The position numbers and the translations under genes were made by a program. The notes beneath the pieces are model-generated. The model made no database searches and was not told the DNA's origin. It saw only the letters and a list, made by a program, of their open reading frames with translations. This document shows positions 40,221 to 50,254 of a DNA stretch of 64,000 bases, in pieces. How positions within the stretch are numbered: position 1 is the stretch's first letter; the number at the start of each line of letters is the position of its first letter. The DNA lies in NCBI GenBank assembly GCA_902491345.1, contig CABUHI010000004.1, forward strand, positions 33,306 through 97,305, written 5' to 3'. Source of the stretch: an uncultured Collinsella sp. (GTDB lineage: Bacteria > Actinomycetota > Coriobacteriia > Coriobacteriales > Coriobacteriaceae).

Positions 40221-43200
40221 CCAGCCGTTACTCCGAAGAGGAGGCTGTCCAGAAGCCCGCGGGCGAGCTGCTTCGTCGCATGGGGTGGGACGTCCATTAC
40301 TGCTTCGACGATGAGGTTCTCGGCCCCTGTGGCACGCTGGGTCGTGACTCCTATAAGGACGTCCTTCTCAAACGCGACCTCATGAACGCGTTGGTTGAGC
40401 TGAACGAACACCTTACCGAGGCGGAATGCGCCGAGGCCGTGGCGACCTTGGAGCAAGTCTTCGTCGGCGATTCGCTGCTTCAGACCAACGAGGCAAAGTA
40501 TAAGATGCTCCGCGATGGCATACCGGTGAAGAAGGTCCAGCCCGATGGCTCCATGCGTACTGAGCTCGCGCGGGCTTTCGACTTTGAGCATCCAAAGTTG
40601 AACCGCTTCGTGGCGGCAGAGGAACTGTGGGTGAAGGGCCCCATGCATCGACGCCGCTGCGACCTCGTAGGCTTCGTCAACGGTGTGCCACTGCTGTTCG
40701 TCGAATTCAAGCGCCACGACAAGGACGTGCTGCGCGCGTACGAGGACAACTACACCGACTACCAGGATACCATTCCCCAGATTTTCTACTACAACGCCTT
40801 TGTGATGCTCTCCAACGGGCTGGAGTCCAAAATCGGAACGCTGGGCAGCTCCTACGAGTTCTTCGGCGAGTGGAAGCGCCTGAGCGAGGAGGACACCGGC
40901 AACGTTGCGCTCGAGACCATGTTGAGGGGTGTGTGTAACAAAGAAACGCTGTTAGACCTCTTCCAGAACTTCATTCTGTTCGACCACTTCGACTCGCCTG
41001 CCGCCAAGATCCTCGCGCGCAACCACCAGTACCTGGGCGTGAACGAGGCCGTGCGTGCCTACTCCGAGCGCGAGCTGCGCGACGGAAAACTCGGCGTCTT
41101 CTGGCACACGCAGGGCTCGGGCAAGAGCTACTCGATGGTGTTCCTGGCTGAGAAGATCCGCCGAACGCAGCCGGGCTCGCCGACCTTCCTGGTCCTCACC
41201 GATCGCGACGAGCTCAACAAACAGATTAGCGAAACGTTCGAGAGCTGCGAGTGTCTGGCGGGCGTTCCCGCCGAGCGCTGCCGCGCCACGAGCGGGAACG
41301 ACCTTGCGGAGAAGCTCAAGGGCAACCCGAGCTACATCTTCTCGCTTATCCAGAAGTTCAACCAGCCTGACGCGGAGCCCATCGTACCGGACCACGATAT
41401 CGTCGTGCTCTCTGACGAGGCGCACCGGTCAAACAACGGCATCTTCGCCGAGAACATGATGAAGCTACTGCCAACGGCTTCGCGTCTTGGCTTTACCGGC
41501 ACGCCACTTCTTGCCTACGACAACCTAACTGCCAGGACCTTCGGCGGCTACGTTTCAGTCTACGACTTCAAGCGCGCCGTCGAGGACGGAGCTACAGTGC
41601 CTCTGTTCTACGAGAACCGTAGTGACCAGCTTGGCATCGAGAATCCGGAGATCAACGACGAGCTGCTCCAGGCCGTGGAAGACGCCGACCTTAACGCCGA
41701 CCAGACCGAGAAGGTGCAGGCCCAGCTCAACCACGGGGTCCATATCATCATGGCCGAGCCACGCCTGAGAGCCGTGGCACGCGACTTCGTTTCCCATTAC
41801 ACGAACATCTGGGAGTCGGGCAAGGCCATGTTCATCTGCGTGAATAAGGTCACCTGCGTGATGATGTACAACTACGTGCAGGAGTATTGGACCGAGGCGC
41901 TCGACGAGGAGCGCGCAAGGCTCGTCGGCATGGACCAACAACAGGCCATGGAGCAGCGTCGCAAAATCGCCTGGATGGAATCCACCGAGATGGCGGTCGT
42001 GGTGAGCCAGGAGCAGAACGAGATCGACCGCTTCCGCAAATGGGGGCTCGACATAGCGCCGCATCGCCAGAAGATGGAGGAGCGCCAGCTAGACGACGAG
42101 TTCAAGGATGCCGACAACCCTTTCCGCATCGTCTTCGTATGTGCCATGTGGCTTACCGGCTTCGACGTGAAGTCGCTCTCGGCCATGTACTTTGACAAGC
42201 CACTCAAAGCTCACGGCCTCATGCAGGCCATCGCGCGCGCCAACCGCGTGAGCAAGGGTAAGAGCAACGGCCTCATTATCGACTACGTCAGCGTCGTGAA
42301 GGCGTTGAGGAAAGCCCTGGCCGACTACACCGAGAACCCTGGCGACGGAGGCGGAGTCGACCCGGTGGTCGACAAGGACGAGCTGCTTGCGAGGATTTCC
42401 GAGCTCACGGACGACACCGTTGCGTTCGTGTCGTCACTGGGCTACGAGCTCGAATCCCTGCTGACGGCCGAGGGCTTCGACAAGGTGGCAGAAATCAAGA
42501 ATGCCGCCGACTGCGTGTCACGGTGCGACGAGACAAAGAAGCGCTACGGCGTCATGTGCCGCGAGCTGTTCACCCTGTACAAATACGTGAGCCGACGCGA
42601 GGTGGGCGAGGAACTGCTGGCTAAGCGCGACGCGTTGCGTGCCGTCTTCAACCATATCAACGCCCACAGGGCCAGTGCCGACACAACCGGCCTCATGGTC
42701 CAGCTGCAGGGTATCGTGAGCGAGCACGTGGTGGTCAACGAGGCCTCCGAGGGGCTCAAGACGGCTACCAGGTTCGATATCAGCAGCATCGACTTCAACA
42801 GGCTCTCGCAGGAGTTCGCCAAGGCCAAGCGCAAGCATCTCATCATCGACGACCTGCGTTCTGTCATAGAGGCGCGTCTTGAGTCCGCGCTGAAGGACAA
42901 CCCCAGGCGCATCGACTACTTCGAACGGTACGAGCGGATTATCGAGAGCTACAACTCCGAGCAGGACAAGGCGATGATCGAGAAGACGTTCAATGACCTC
43001 ATCAACCTGTCCCGCGACCTTGATGACAAACAGAAGGAGTGGGTGCGCGAGGGTTTCCAGAACCAGCAGCAGATGACTGTGTTCGAGATGCTATTCAAGG
43101 ATACACTGACGCCTGCAGAGATCAGGCAGGTCAAGAGTGTCGCCATCGAGATGGTATCTATTATCGAAGAACGGCTTGCCAACATGGTGCGCTGGACGGA

Positions 43201-43345
43201 CAAGGCAGAGACTCGTGACGCCGTTCGCGTTATCGTGCGCAATGAGGTGTATAAGCTGCCGGAGACGAGCTATCCCGATGAGGTCCTGGGCGACTGCATC
43301 ACCGAGATTTTCGAGTACTTCTACGAGAGAGATTTGGCGGCGTAG
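40217..43345 (+). CDS. hsdR: Type I R-M restriction subunit R
   Basis: DLVGFVNGVPLLFVEFK nuclease motif, HTQGSGKS, DEAH, GFTGTP, MWLTGFD, QAIARANR. Confidence 0.96.
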   Translation: MTSRYSEEEAVQKPAGELLRRMGWDVHYCFDDEVLGPCGTLGRDSYKDVLLKRDLMNALVELNEHLTEAECAEAVATLEQVFVGDSLLQTNEAKYKMLRDGIPVKKVQPDGSMRTELARAFDFEHPKLNRFVAAEELWVKGPMHRRRCDLVGFVNGVPLLFVEFKRHDKDVLRAYEDNYTDYQDTIPQIFYYNAFVMLSNGLESKIGTLGSSYEFFGEWKRLSEEDTGNVALETMLRGVCNKETLLDLFQNFILFDHFDSPAAKILARNHQYLGVNEAVRAYSERELRDGKLGVFWHTQGSGKSYSMVFLAEKIRRTQPGSPTFLVLTDRDELNKQISETFESCECLAGVPAERCRATSGNDLAEKLKGNPSYIFSLIQKFNQPDAEPIVPDHDIVVLSDEAHRSNNGIFAENMMKLLPTASRLGFTGTPLLAYDNLTARTFGGYVSVYDFKRAVEDGATVPLFYENRSDQLGIENPEINDELLQAVEDADLNADQTEKVQAQLNHGVHIIMAEPRLRAVARDFVSHYTNIWESGKAMFICVNKVTCVMMYNYVQEYWTEALDEERARLVGMDQQQAMEQRRKIAWMESTEMAVVVSQEQNEIDRFRKWGLDIAPHRQKMEERQLDDEFKDADNPFRIVFVCAMWLTGFDVKSLSAMYFDKPLKAHGLMQAIARANRVSKGKSNGLIIDYVSVVKALRKALADYTENPGDGGGVDPVVDKDELLARISELTDDTVAFVSSLGYELESLLTAEGFDKVAEIKNAADCVSRCDETKKRYGVMCRELFTLYKYVSRREVGEELLAKRDALRAVFNHINAHRASADTTGLMVQLQGIVSEHVVVNEASEGLKTATRFDISSIDFNRLSQEFAKAKRKHLIIDDLRSVIEARLESALKDNPRRIDYFERYERIIESYNSEQDKAMIEKTFNDLINLSRDLDDKQKEWVREGFQNQQQMTVFEMLFKDTLTPAEIRQVKSVAIEMVSIIEERLANMVRWTDKAETRDAVRVIVRNEVYKLPETSYPDEVLGDCITEIFEYFYERDLAA

Positions 43346-43383
43346 AGTAATCTGATTTTACGCGTTTGCGGGAGGAAGCCGGT

Positions 43384-45747
43384 ATGGCAGACGAACTTGT
43401 TTTTAGTGGTGGCGAGATAGTCTACGCCATATCTCAGCTGCCTCAAGTCACATCTGTGCCGCTGAACGGTAGCGCCGTGCTGATTGGTTTTGAGGACGCT
43501 CCCAATGGGGAGGAGGCCCTCTTTGATTTTGACCCTCGGGCCGAAAAGGCTACGAAGCTCGACTATGAACTTGCAGCCGTTAGCGGGCTCCTTACGGGCG
43601 CGTTGAATATCCTATGGCAGAAAGACTTCAACCTTGAGGGTGCCAAAGAGTGGGGCGACGAGAAGGTTGGCAAATTCGTTCTTATGGTTGCCAAGTCTGC
43701 GGGTATGACAAAGGCGGATGCAACTCTAGAAGACGCTATCCGCTTTTTGGAGAAAGAGTTTCCTTTTGTCGCGGACAAACTTACTGCCGAGTTTGGCGGC
43801 GGGCTCCAACATCATCTGCGGGATTTCTCGCACCACCCGAGTTTGGTTGGCCTTGCGTGTTCGATCCTCTCGCAATTCACGGGCAAAGGCTATGGTACCG
43901 ATACGGTCGGCCGGTTTGTCGCTTTTGACCTGCCTGCCGCCGTCTTCGATTCCGACTGTCCACTTATAGGTAGGAACGTTCCAGAGAAGATCGCGTTTGG
44001 CACTCTGTTCTGGGCGATGCATCTTGTGAGCGACATGGCGGGGTCTAGCTCCAACCCCGGTAAGGGGACGGGCATTCCCGGCATCGTGCTGTCCCTGTTC
44101 AAAGAACTCTCTTCCTTACCTGTATTTCAAAACTTGCAGGTTGCCTATAAGGGTAAGAATATTCGCATTCAGCAATGGATTTCGAAGCTGTTTAATGGAG
44201 CGACGTTCAAGACCGAGGATGGCAAACCCATCCGCTTCGACCTTCGGGCGGAGGTTGGTCTTCTCGATCAGGCTCTAAGCCAGGTGCCGGCAGTCATGGC
44301 CAACGAGATTATCGTTCGCTGCCTCTATATGCTCTCTCGGCTCAAGGTCGAGCTAGAACGTTGCGAAGTGAGCGATGCTCCCGGCTTGCACAAACTCAAG
44401 GCTTCGCATTTCATGCCCTACAACAGCAGAGCTCTCGCCCGCATGGTTACGGTTTCGAGCACTTCGTTCGTTCTGGCAAATCTGGCGACAGCAGCAGTTA
44501 GGGCAGGTATCGAATGCGAGGGGAACAAGGTCGTTTTCGCCCAGAAGCTCTTCTTGCGAATAAACTACGTTGGAGTTGGACGCCTTGCGTTTGCCCTCCA
44601 TGCCGACTGGGGCTATATGGCGGAGGAAATGTCCGAGGCTTGGGCTGAGCGCGCCAGGCGCCGCCAGGATATCTTCGATGGATTCCACTTTTATAGCCTA
44701 GATAGAGAAACGACGAGAATTGCCTTCTCGCTGAAGCTTGCCGCCATCAACTACGACTGCAGGAACGAGAAGAACAAAGTGCACAAAGGGCAAAAGAGGA
44801 GCTGGGCCCGCGCATGGCAGGATTCGGTCGCGGATGGCCTAGGCATTGATGCAGACGGCTACTTTTTGAGCGAGGAAGATGCGTACCGAGCCCTTGAGAC
44901 AGTTTCGCGGCGGCGAGGCGGTAGGGTGCGCGCCCTGCTGGTTGCACAGGAGCTAGTCGAGTTTTGCCCCTATTCGCAGTTAGGAGATGAAGAGAAGAAA
45001 GAGTACAAAGGTTTGAAGGAGAGTGGGTCTTGGGTTAAAGATGAATTTCCCAGGAGACAAGACGCGGTTGATTTGGACGCCGTACGTTCCCTAGAGAAGC
45101 AATGCGGGGCGCATATCCGTGAGCTTTCAGGTACATTGCCAAAGGTCTTGGTGGGTGGCGCCATTGCCGTGGCGGCGGCCCTTGGCACAGGAGGAGTTGC
45201 CGCGGCATTGGCTCCGGATATTGCTATCGGCATCTTTGGAGGCTCGTTTGTCGGCCTCCACGGGGCTGCGCTTGTCAATGCGAGCCTTGCTGCGGCTGGC
45301 GGTGGCGCCTTGGCCGCCGGTGGCATGGGCATGGCCGGTGGCACCGCTTTGATTGCGGGCAGCGGCGCTGCGCTTGGCCTTTTGGGTTCTGGTGGCGTTG
45401 CCCTGGCGGCGTCGATGGGGGAGGACTATGCTCAGTTCGTGCTCGTTGAATGCTCAAGGCTTCTCGCATTTCTTGATGTGGCAACTGACCGCTGCCCGCA
45501 TGAGGGGGCCATTTTGGTGCAGAAGGCGGCCGAGGCCGTGCAGCGCAGCATCGCTGGTGTTGAGGTGGATGTCGAGAAGGAGAATGGAAAGGGTGACCGC
45601 AGGGATGGCAGGTTGCTTAAGCAGTTGAAGAAGGGTCTTGGGTATTTGACTTCAACCCTTAAGCTGATCGAGAAGATGCAGAAGCGCCTTGGTGTCGCCG
45701 GTGAGAGTGAACCGCTCAACAGTTTGCCGGCATCAGGTGATGAATAG
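43384..45747 (+). CDS. Large hypothetical protein with Gly/Ala-rich hydrophobic C-terminal region
   Basis: 787-aa ORF, GGAGG RBS; HHLRDFSHHPS motif; long GxxxG-rich stretch. Confidence 0.75.
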   Translation: MADELVFSGGEIVYAISQLPQVTSVPLNGSAVLIGFEDAPNGEEALFDFDPRAEKATKLDYELAAVSGLLTGALNILWQKDFNLEGAKEWGDEKVGKFVLMVAKSAGMTKADATLEDAIRFLEKEFPFVADKLTAEFGGGLQHHLRDFSHHPSLVGLACSILSQFTGKGYGTDTVGRFVAFDLPAAVFDSDCPLIGRNVPEKIAFGTLFWAMHLVSDMAGSSSNPGKGTGIPGIVLSLFKELSSLPVFQNLQVAYKGKNIRIQQWISKLFNGATFKTEDGKPIRFDLRAEVGLLDQALSQVPAVMANEIIVRCLYMLSRLKVELERCEVSDAPGLHKLKASHFMPYNSRALARMVTVSSTSFVLANLATAAVRAGIECEGNKVVFAQKLFLRINYVGVGRLAFALHADWGYMAEEMSEAWAERARRRQDIFDGFHFYSLDRETTRIAFSLKLAAINYDCRNEKNKVHKGQKRSWARAWQDSVADGLGIDADGYFLSEEDAYRALETVSRRRGGRVRALLVAQELVEFCPYSQLGDEEKKEYKGLKESGSWVKDEFPRRQDAVDLDAVRSLEKQCGAHIRELSGTLPKVLVGGAIAVAAALGTGGVAAALAPDIAIGIFGGSFVGLHGAALVNASLAAAGGGALAAGGMGMAGGTALIAGSGAALGLLGSGGVALAASMGEDYAQFVLVECSRLLAFLDVATDRCPHEGAILVQKAAEAVQRSIAGVEVDVEKENGKGDRRDGRLLKQLKKGLGYLTSTLKLIEKMQKRLGVAGESEPLNSLPASGDE

Positions 45748-45784
45748 GTTCACTGCATATTGATGGAAGAGGAGACAGGCGCAA

Positions 45785-47908
45785 ATGAAAGCAACCGAGG
45801 CAAATCTGCTCGACCTTATGGGTGTGGCGAAGATGCAGTTCGTCATTCCCGTGTACCAGCGAGTTTACTCGTGGAGTGTAAAAGAGTGCGAGGTGCTTTG
45901 GGATGACGTAATGCGAGCGGGTCGTGATGGCGTATCGCACTTCGTGGGGTCGATGCTCTATATCCCTGAGTCCGAGAGCTCTGCCACGAGTATTTCGCGC
46001 GTGCTTCTGATTGACGGACAGCAGCGCATGACGACGTTTTCGTTGATGATCGCTGCTTTGGCTGACTATCTGGAGGGTAATCCCGACAAGGCCGGCTTCC
46101 TTGGCGATCTCAAGATTTCAGCGTTGCGGAAGAACTACCTCTTTAACGATGACGACTACAACGGCCTGGCGCGCTACAAGTTGGTGCTCTCGCAGGACGA
46201 TAAAGAGACGCTGTTCTCCATCGTGTCTGGGTCTCCCGTGCCAGATGAAAAATCGGATCGGATCGTCGAGAACCATGCGTTCTTCCGTGAGAAGATGCGT
46301 GGTAAATCATTTGATCCGGCAAGGCTTTGGGCGGGGCTTAACCGCGTGCAGGTCATCGACACTAAGCTCACCGCTGGCGTTGATAATGCCCAGCTCATAT
46401 TTGAGTCCATGAACTCCAAGGGCAAGCCGCTCACGCCCATTGACCTTATTCGTAACTACGTTCTTATGTCGCTTCCCAACGACGAGCAGACCAAGCTTTA
46501 CGAGGGTTACTGGCATCCGCTCGAGCGCCTGTTTGGAAAAGGCGGCGAGGAAGAGTTCAATGCATTTATCTGGTACTGGCTGTGGCTTAAAGTTCCCAAT
46601 AGGATGCCGAAGGAGAGCGAGGCCTACTACGAGTTTAAGCGCTATTTCGCCGACGACTACGATGGTGACACCGAGGGCCTGCTTAAGGAGCTGCGCGGGT
46701 ATGCACATAGATACGCCAATCTGTTCCTTGGTAAGGAGAAGGACGACGGACTGCGCCGAGTGTTCGGCAGAATCGTAAGCCTCGACGTGAAGCAGATAAG
46801 GCCCCTCTTAATGTTGCTTTACTCGGTTTACGAGGGGAATGGGCTAGACCGCAATGCGTTTCTACGTATCTGCGAGACTATCGAGTCGTTCCTGTTCAGG
46901 CGGGCGGTTTGCGGCAGGCTTACCACGGGCCTAAATAATTTCTTTGCCGGCATGTATCGCAATCTCGAACAGCAGGACGATATAGAGGAGTACGTTACGG
47001 CGATGCTCCTTATCCACAGCAGCGGTATGACTGCGTACTTCCCGACAGACGAGCATTTTGTCGAGGAGTTTAAGACGCGTGACTGCTACAACCGTTTCTC
47101 CAAAAAGCGCTATTACCTGGAGCGCATGGAGAACTGGCACCGCCCGAAGGAGCCCATTTCGGCCGGCGATTACCAGATCGAGCACATCATGCCCCAGACG
47201 ATCGATGATGAGCACGGCTGGAAGGAATCGCTTGGTGAGAACTGGGAAGACGTCCACGACAGGCTGTGCAACAACTTGGGAAATCTTACGCTGACGGGCT
47301 ACAACCAGGAGTACTCAAACCGGTCGTTCTCGGACAAGCTCAATCTTCCTGACGTGGGGCTTAAGTGCAGTCCGCTCTACCTGAACAAGTCGATCGCCTC
47401 GCATGAAAAATGGGGTGAGGAAGAGATTGGACAGCGCGCGGACGAGCTGGCGAAAGAGGCGTGTGAGATATGGAAATATCCCGACCTTCCGGCAGACGTC
47501 GTCGACAAGTACCGTCCTTCTCGCGGGGAGTCTGATGAGGCTCCTATCTGGACTCTGCAGGAGAATCACCCCACTTTTGCTGAAGGCGGACTCAACCAGA
47601 AGCTTTTCGATGAGGTGTGCGAGTCTGTTCTGAGTGGTAACCCTTCGTGGGAGTCCTATATAGCCAAGTACTATGTAGGCTTCAGGTCGGGCAAACGAAA
47701 GTTGCATGCCGTGCTGGAAGGCAGGACTAGCAACGGTGGCTGGATTGCCGTCGGCCTGGCAAAGAGCGTGGATGACCTAATTGATCCAGAGGACATGTGC
47801 CAGGACAAACGTACGCAGGGTGGATTTGGCCCAGGCCTACCGACCTATGTTGCCCTTCGTAATGCCGATGACATTTCCGCGGTGCTCGATCTTATAAAGC
47901 AGTGCTAG
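45785..47908 (+). CDS. GmrSD-like (DUF262 + DUF1524 HNH) restriction endonuclease
   Basis: IPVYQRVYSW, IDGQQR, FESMNSKG, IEHIMPQ..LGNLTL..YNQEYSN. Confidence 0.9.
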   Translation: MKATEANLLDLMGVAKMQFVIPVYQRVYSWSVKECEVLWDDVMRAGRDGVSHFVGSMLYIPESESSATSISRVLLIDGQQRMTTFSLMIAALADYLEGNPDKAGFLGDLKISALRKNYLFNDDDYNGLARYKLVLSQDDKETLFSIVSGSPVPDEKSDRIVENHAFFREKMRGKSFDPARLWAGLNRVQVIDTKLTAGVDNAQLIFESMNSKGKPLTPIDLIRNYVLMSLPNDEQTKLYEGYWHPLERLFGKGGEEEFNAFIWYWLWLKVPNRMPKESEAYYEFKRYFADDYDGDTEGLLKELRGYAHRYANLFLGKEKDDGLRRVFGRIVSLDVKQIRPLLMLLYSVYEGNGLDRNAFLRICETIESFLFRRAVCGRLTTGLNNFFAGMYRNLEQQDDIEEYVTAMLLIHSSGMTAYFPTDEHFVEEFKTRDCYNRFSKKRYYLERMENWHRPKEPISAGDYQIEHIMPQTIDDEHGWKESLGENWEDVHDRLCNNLGNLTLTGYNQEYSNRSFSDKLNLPDVGLKCSPLYLNKSIASHEKWGEEEIGQRADELAKEACEIWKYPDLPADVVDKYRPSRGESDEAPIWTLQENHPTFAEGGLNQKLFDEVCESVLSGNPSWESYIAKYYVGFRSGKRKLHAVLEGRTSNGGWIAVGLAKSVDDLIDPEDMCQDKRTQGGFGPGLPTYVALRNADDISAVLDLIKQC

Positions 47909-47911
47909 GTT

Positions 47912-47941
47912 AAGGGCCGGGAATCTAATTCCCGGCCCTTG
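47912..47941. terminator. Hairpin/terminator after the GmrSD-like gene
   Basis: AAGGGCCGGGAAT-ctaa-TTCCCGGCCCTT stem. Confidence 0.65.
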
Positions 47942-47975
47942 CCATCTCGGAATTGCCGATGGCTTATCTGCCCAC

Positions 47976-48181
47976 CTACATCCCCGTAATCCCGCGCGCC
48001 GCGCTCAGCAGCTCGTACTCCCTCTGGCTCCACTGGGGCAGCTTGGCCGCGCGCACGGCGTCGCGGCACAGATCCAGAAACGCTTCGGCTCCCTCGCAGA
48101 AGCGTTTGCGGGCAAAGGTACCCGAGCCGCTTGCGATGCACGCGCTGCCGGCGAAGAGCTATCGGCTAGACGATTCGCGCG
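47976..48181 (-). pseudogene. Degenerate partial copy of the 97-aa ORF at 49824-50117
   Basis: Collinear nucleotide similarity; the SSWEL codons read SSR*L here; 5' part missing. Confidence 0.75.
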
Positions 48182-48407
48182 GGCAGCGGCTAAAGCGGGC
48201 GCGTGATAAATCGATAATTGGTGAGAACGAACACGTGTTCGTTTATATGGTAAGATATATGCCAGCGGGAGCGATTTCATTCGATATCGTTCTTGCCGGT
48301 ACTTTTTACTTCCGCATGCTGTCGGCGCGGGCTTCGAATTCAGAGAGGGCGATTGCAATGCTATACGAATTTTAATAGATCTCTAGTGCTTGATTAAGAC
48401 CATGTCT

Positions 48408-48445
48408 ATGTCAAAAGACATACAAAAGTGTTAGTCTTTTGACAT
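48408..48445 (+). promoter_or_regulatory. Inverted-repeat operator overlapping the antitoxin start codon
   Basis: ATGTCAAAAGAC-N14-GTCTTTTGACAT, perfect 12-bp arms. Confidence 0.7.
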
Positions 48446-48971
48446 GAAACACTTTGATGAAATATTCGAACTGGCGGCAGATGGCTACGGCATCGTGACT
48501 GCTGCGCAGGCACGCGAGATTGGCGTAACCACCGGAGAACTGAGCCGATGGTGTGCCACTGGGAAATTGATGCGCCGAGGACATGGGGTGTACAAGCTCA
48601 CCCAATGGGTTCCGACGCCCCGTGACGTCTTTGCGGAGGCAGTGGCTCTTGTTGGTGACGAGGGTTTCCTGTGGGGCGAATCAGTGCTGTCTATGCACGC
48701 ACTTGCTCTTGTTGATCCTCGTGCCGTGACCGTGGCAACACCAAAGCGTATTCGCCGCAAACTGCCAGCTTGGGTAAAAACAGTGCCCGCTCCAGAGAAT
48801 GCGAAAACGACGTTCTATGAAGGAATCCCTTCTCAATGCGTTGCCGATGCGATTGAGGCTTGTAAGGGGTCCGTTATGACCGAACGCCTTATCGAGGCAA
48901 CCAAGCACGCTCAAGCCGAGGGCCTTATTACCTCCAATGAGCATGAGAGACTGATGAAGGAGCTGTCGTGA
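48444..48971 (+). CDS. Type IV TA antitoxin, AbiEi family
   Basis: YGIVTAAQA..G...L.R....G.L.R.GHGVY wHTH pattern; overlaps the toxin gene (GTGA). Confidence 0.85.
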   Translation: MKHFDEIFELAADGYGIVTAAQAREIGVTTGELSRWCATGKLMRRGHGVYKLTQWVPTPRDVFAEAVALVGDEGFLWGESVLSMHALALVDPRAVTVATPKRIRRKLPAWVKTVPAPENAKTTFYEGIPSQCVADAIEACKGSVMTERLIEATKHAQAEGLITSNEHERLMKELS

Positions 48972-49801
48972 AGGAAGTCAAGAAGCCAACCAGCAGACGT
49001 AACCTTGACATAGCGATAGACCGACTCTGCACTGATTTGGACGAAGAACCGGGCCGCGTTAAAAGACTCATTGCGGCCGTTGTTGTTGGGCAAATGCTAC
49101 CCGATGGAGCCGCAAAGGGTGGAAATGCCCTGAAGATTCGCTTTGGGAAGGATGCCACGCGGTTCTCACGCGACCTCGATACCGCCAGGGCATCCTCACT
49201 GAACGATTACATGACGAAGCTTGAAGATTCGCTCACTATAGGCTGGAACGGATTCTCGGGTGCCATTGTTCCGAGGGAGCCCGCATCTCCTAAGGGAATT
49301 CCAACTGCTTACGTCATGCGTCCGTTCGAAATCAAGATTGCCTACAATGGTAAATCGTGGATGACGCTGCCGCTTGAGGTCGGTCATAACGAAATCGGCG
49401 ACGCCGACGATCCCGATATGGTTTCCTCGCCTGAAGCTGCGGCAATATTGAAAGGCCTCGGGTTTCCCGAACCGGGGCCGGTTCCGTGCATGAGGCTTGA
49501 GCATCAGATTGCCCAGAAACTTCATGCTGCGAGCAGCCCCGGCAGCGAGCGCGCCCATGATCTGATAGATCTCCAGATTGCAATTTCCAACGGGGAAATT
49601 GATTACCTAAAAACTCGAGAGGTCTGTATCAGACTCTTTGCGTATCGTGCGGAGCAGGAGTGGCCTCCAATGATCTCGAGGGGAGTGGACTGGGACTCAC
49701 TGTATTTCTCCCAGGCGGAAGGACTTAACGTTTTGCCGACTGTCGATGATGCCGTGGCATGGGCGAACGACTTGATTGCAAAAATTGATTCTGCTTGTTA
49801 G
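48968..49801 (+). CDS. Type IV TA toxin, AbiEii/AbiGii nucleotidyltransferase
   Basis: KGGNAL..RFSRDLD, QIAQKLHA, RAHDLIDL. Confidence 0.87.
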   Translation: MKEVKKPTSRRNLDIAIDRLCTDLDEEPGRVKRLIAAVVVGQMLPDGAAKGGNALKIRFGKDATRFSRDLDTARASSLNDYMTKLEDSLTIGWNGFSGAIVPREPASPKGIPTAYVMRPFEIKIAYNGKSWMTLPLEVGHNEIGDADDPDMVSSPEAAAILKGLGFPEPGPVPCMRLEHQIAQKLHAASSPGSERAHDLIDLQIAISNGEIDYLKTREVCIRLFAYRAEQEWPPMISRGVDWDSLYFSQAEGLNVLPTVDDAVAWANDLIAKIDSAC

Positions 49802-49823
49802 TGACACTGCCGAGATCTCTCGC

Positions 49824-50117
49824 TTACGCCATAGCAATCCCGCGCGCGGCACTCAGCAACTCGTACTCCCTTTGACTCCACTGACGCAGCTCGGCAGCCT
49901 TGACGGCGTCGCGGCACAGGTCCAGAAATACCTCGGCGCCCTCGCAGAAGCACTCGCGGGCAAAGATGCCCGACCCGCCCGCAACGCACACGCCATCGGC
50001 AAACAGCTCCCAGCTAGACGGCTCACGCGAGTCATCTCCGAGTAGCTTGATCTGCAGCACATGCGGGCCGCCAGCGGCACATGGCCCTTCTTCCAACGCC
50101 TGCACCGTAAAGCGCAT
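49824..50117 (-). CDS. Small hypothetical protein (97 aa)
   Basis: Intact ORF whose frame is conserved in the degenerate copy at 47976-48181. Confidence 0.6.
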   Translation of the reverse strand: MRFTVQALEEGPCAAGGPHVLQIKLLGDDSREPSSWELFADGVCVAGGSGIFARECFCEGAEVFLDLCRDAVKAAELRQWSQREYELLSAARGIAMA

Positions 50118-50254
50118 CTGGAGGGACAGAGTATAAAATCCGGAAAAGTGTCGAAAAGGGCACCTTAAAACTTCGGAAAAGTGTAGCTGGATGACAAAAC
50201 AGCACTTAGAAGCCGGTGCTGGATGCGGGATCCTGTGGTCGCCTTCAGCCCTCG

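Noticed and set aside
50141..50184. CGGAAAAGTGT direct repeat, 33 bp apart
   Set aside because: Only two short copies, and they lack the TCCC/GGGA scaffold of the 62-bp family; insufficient support.
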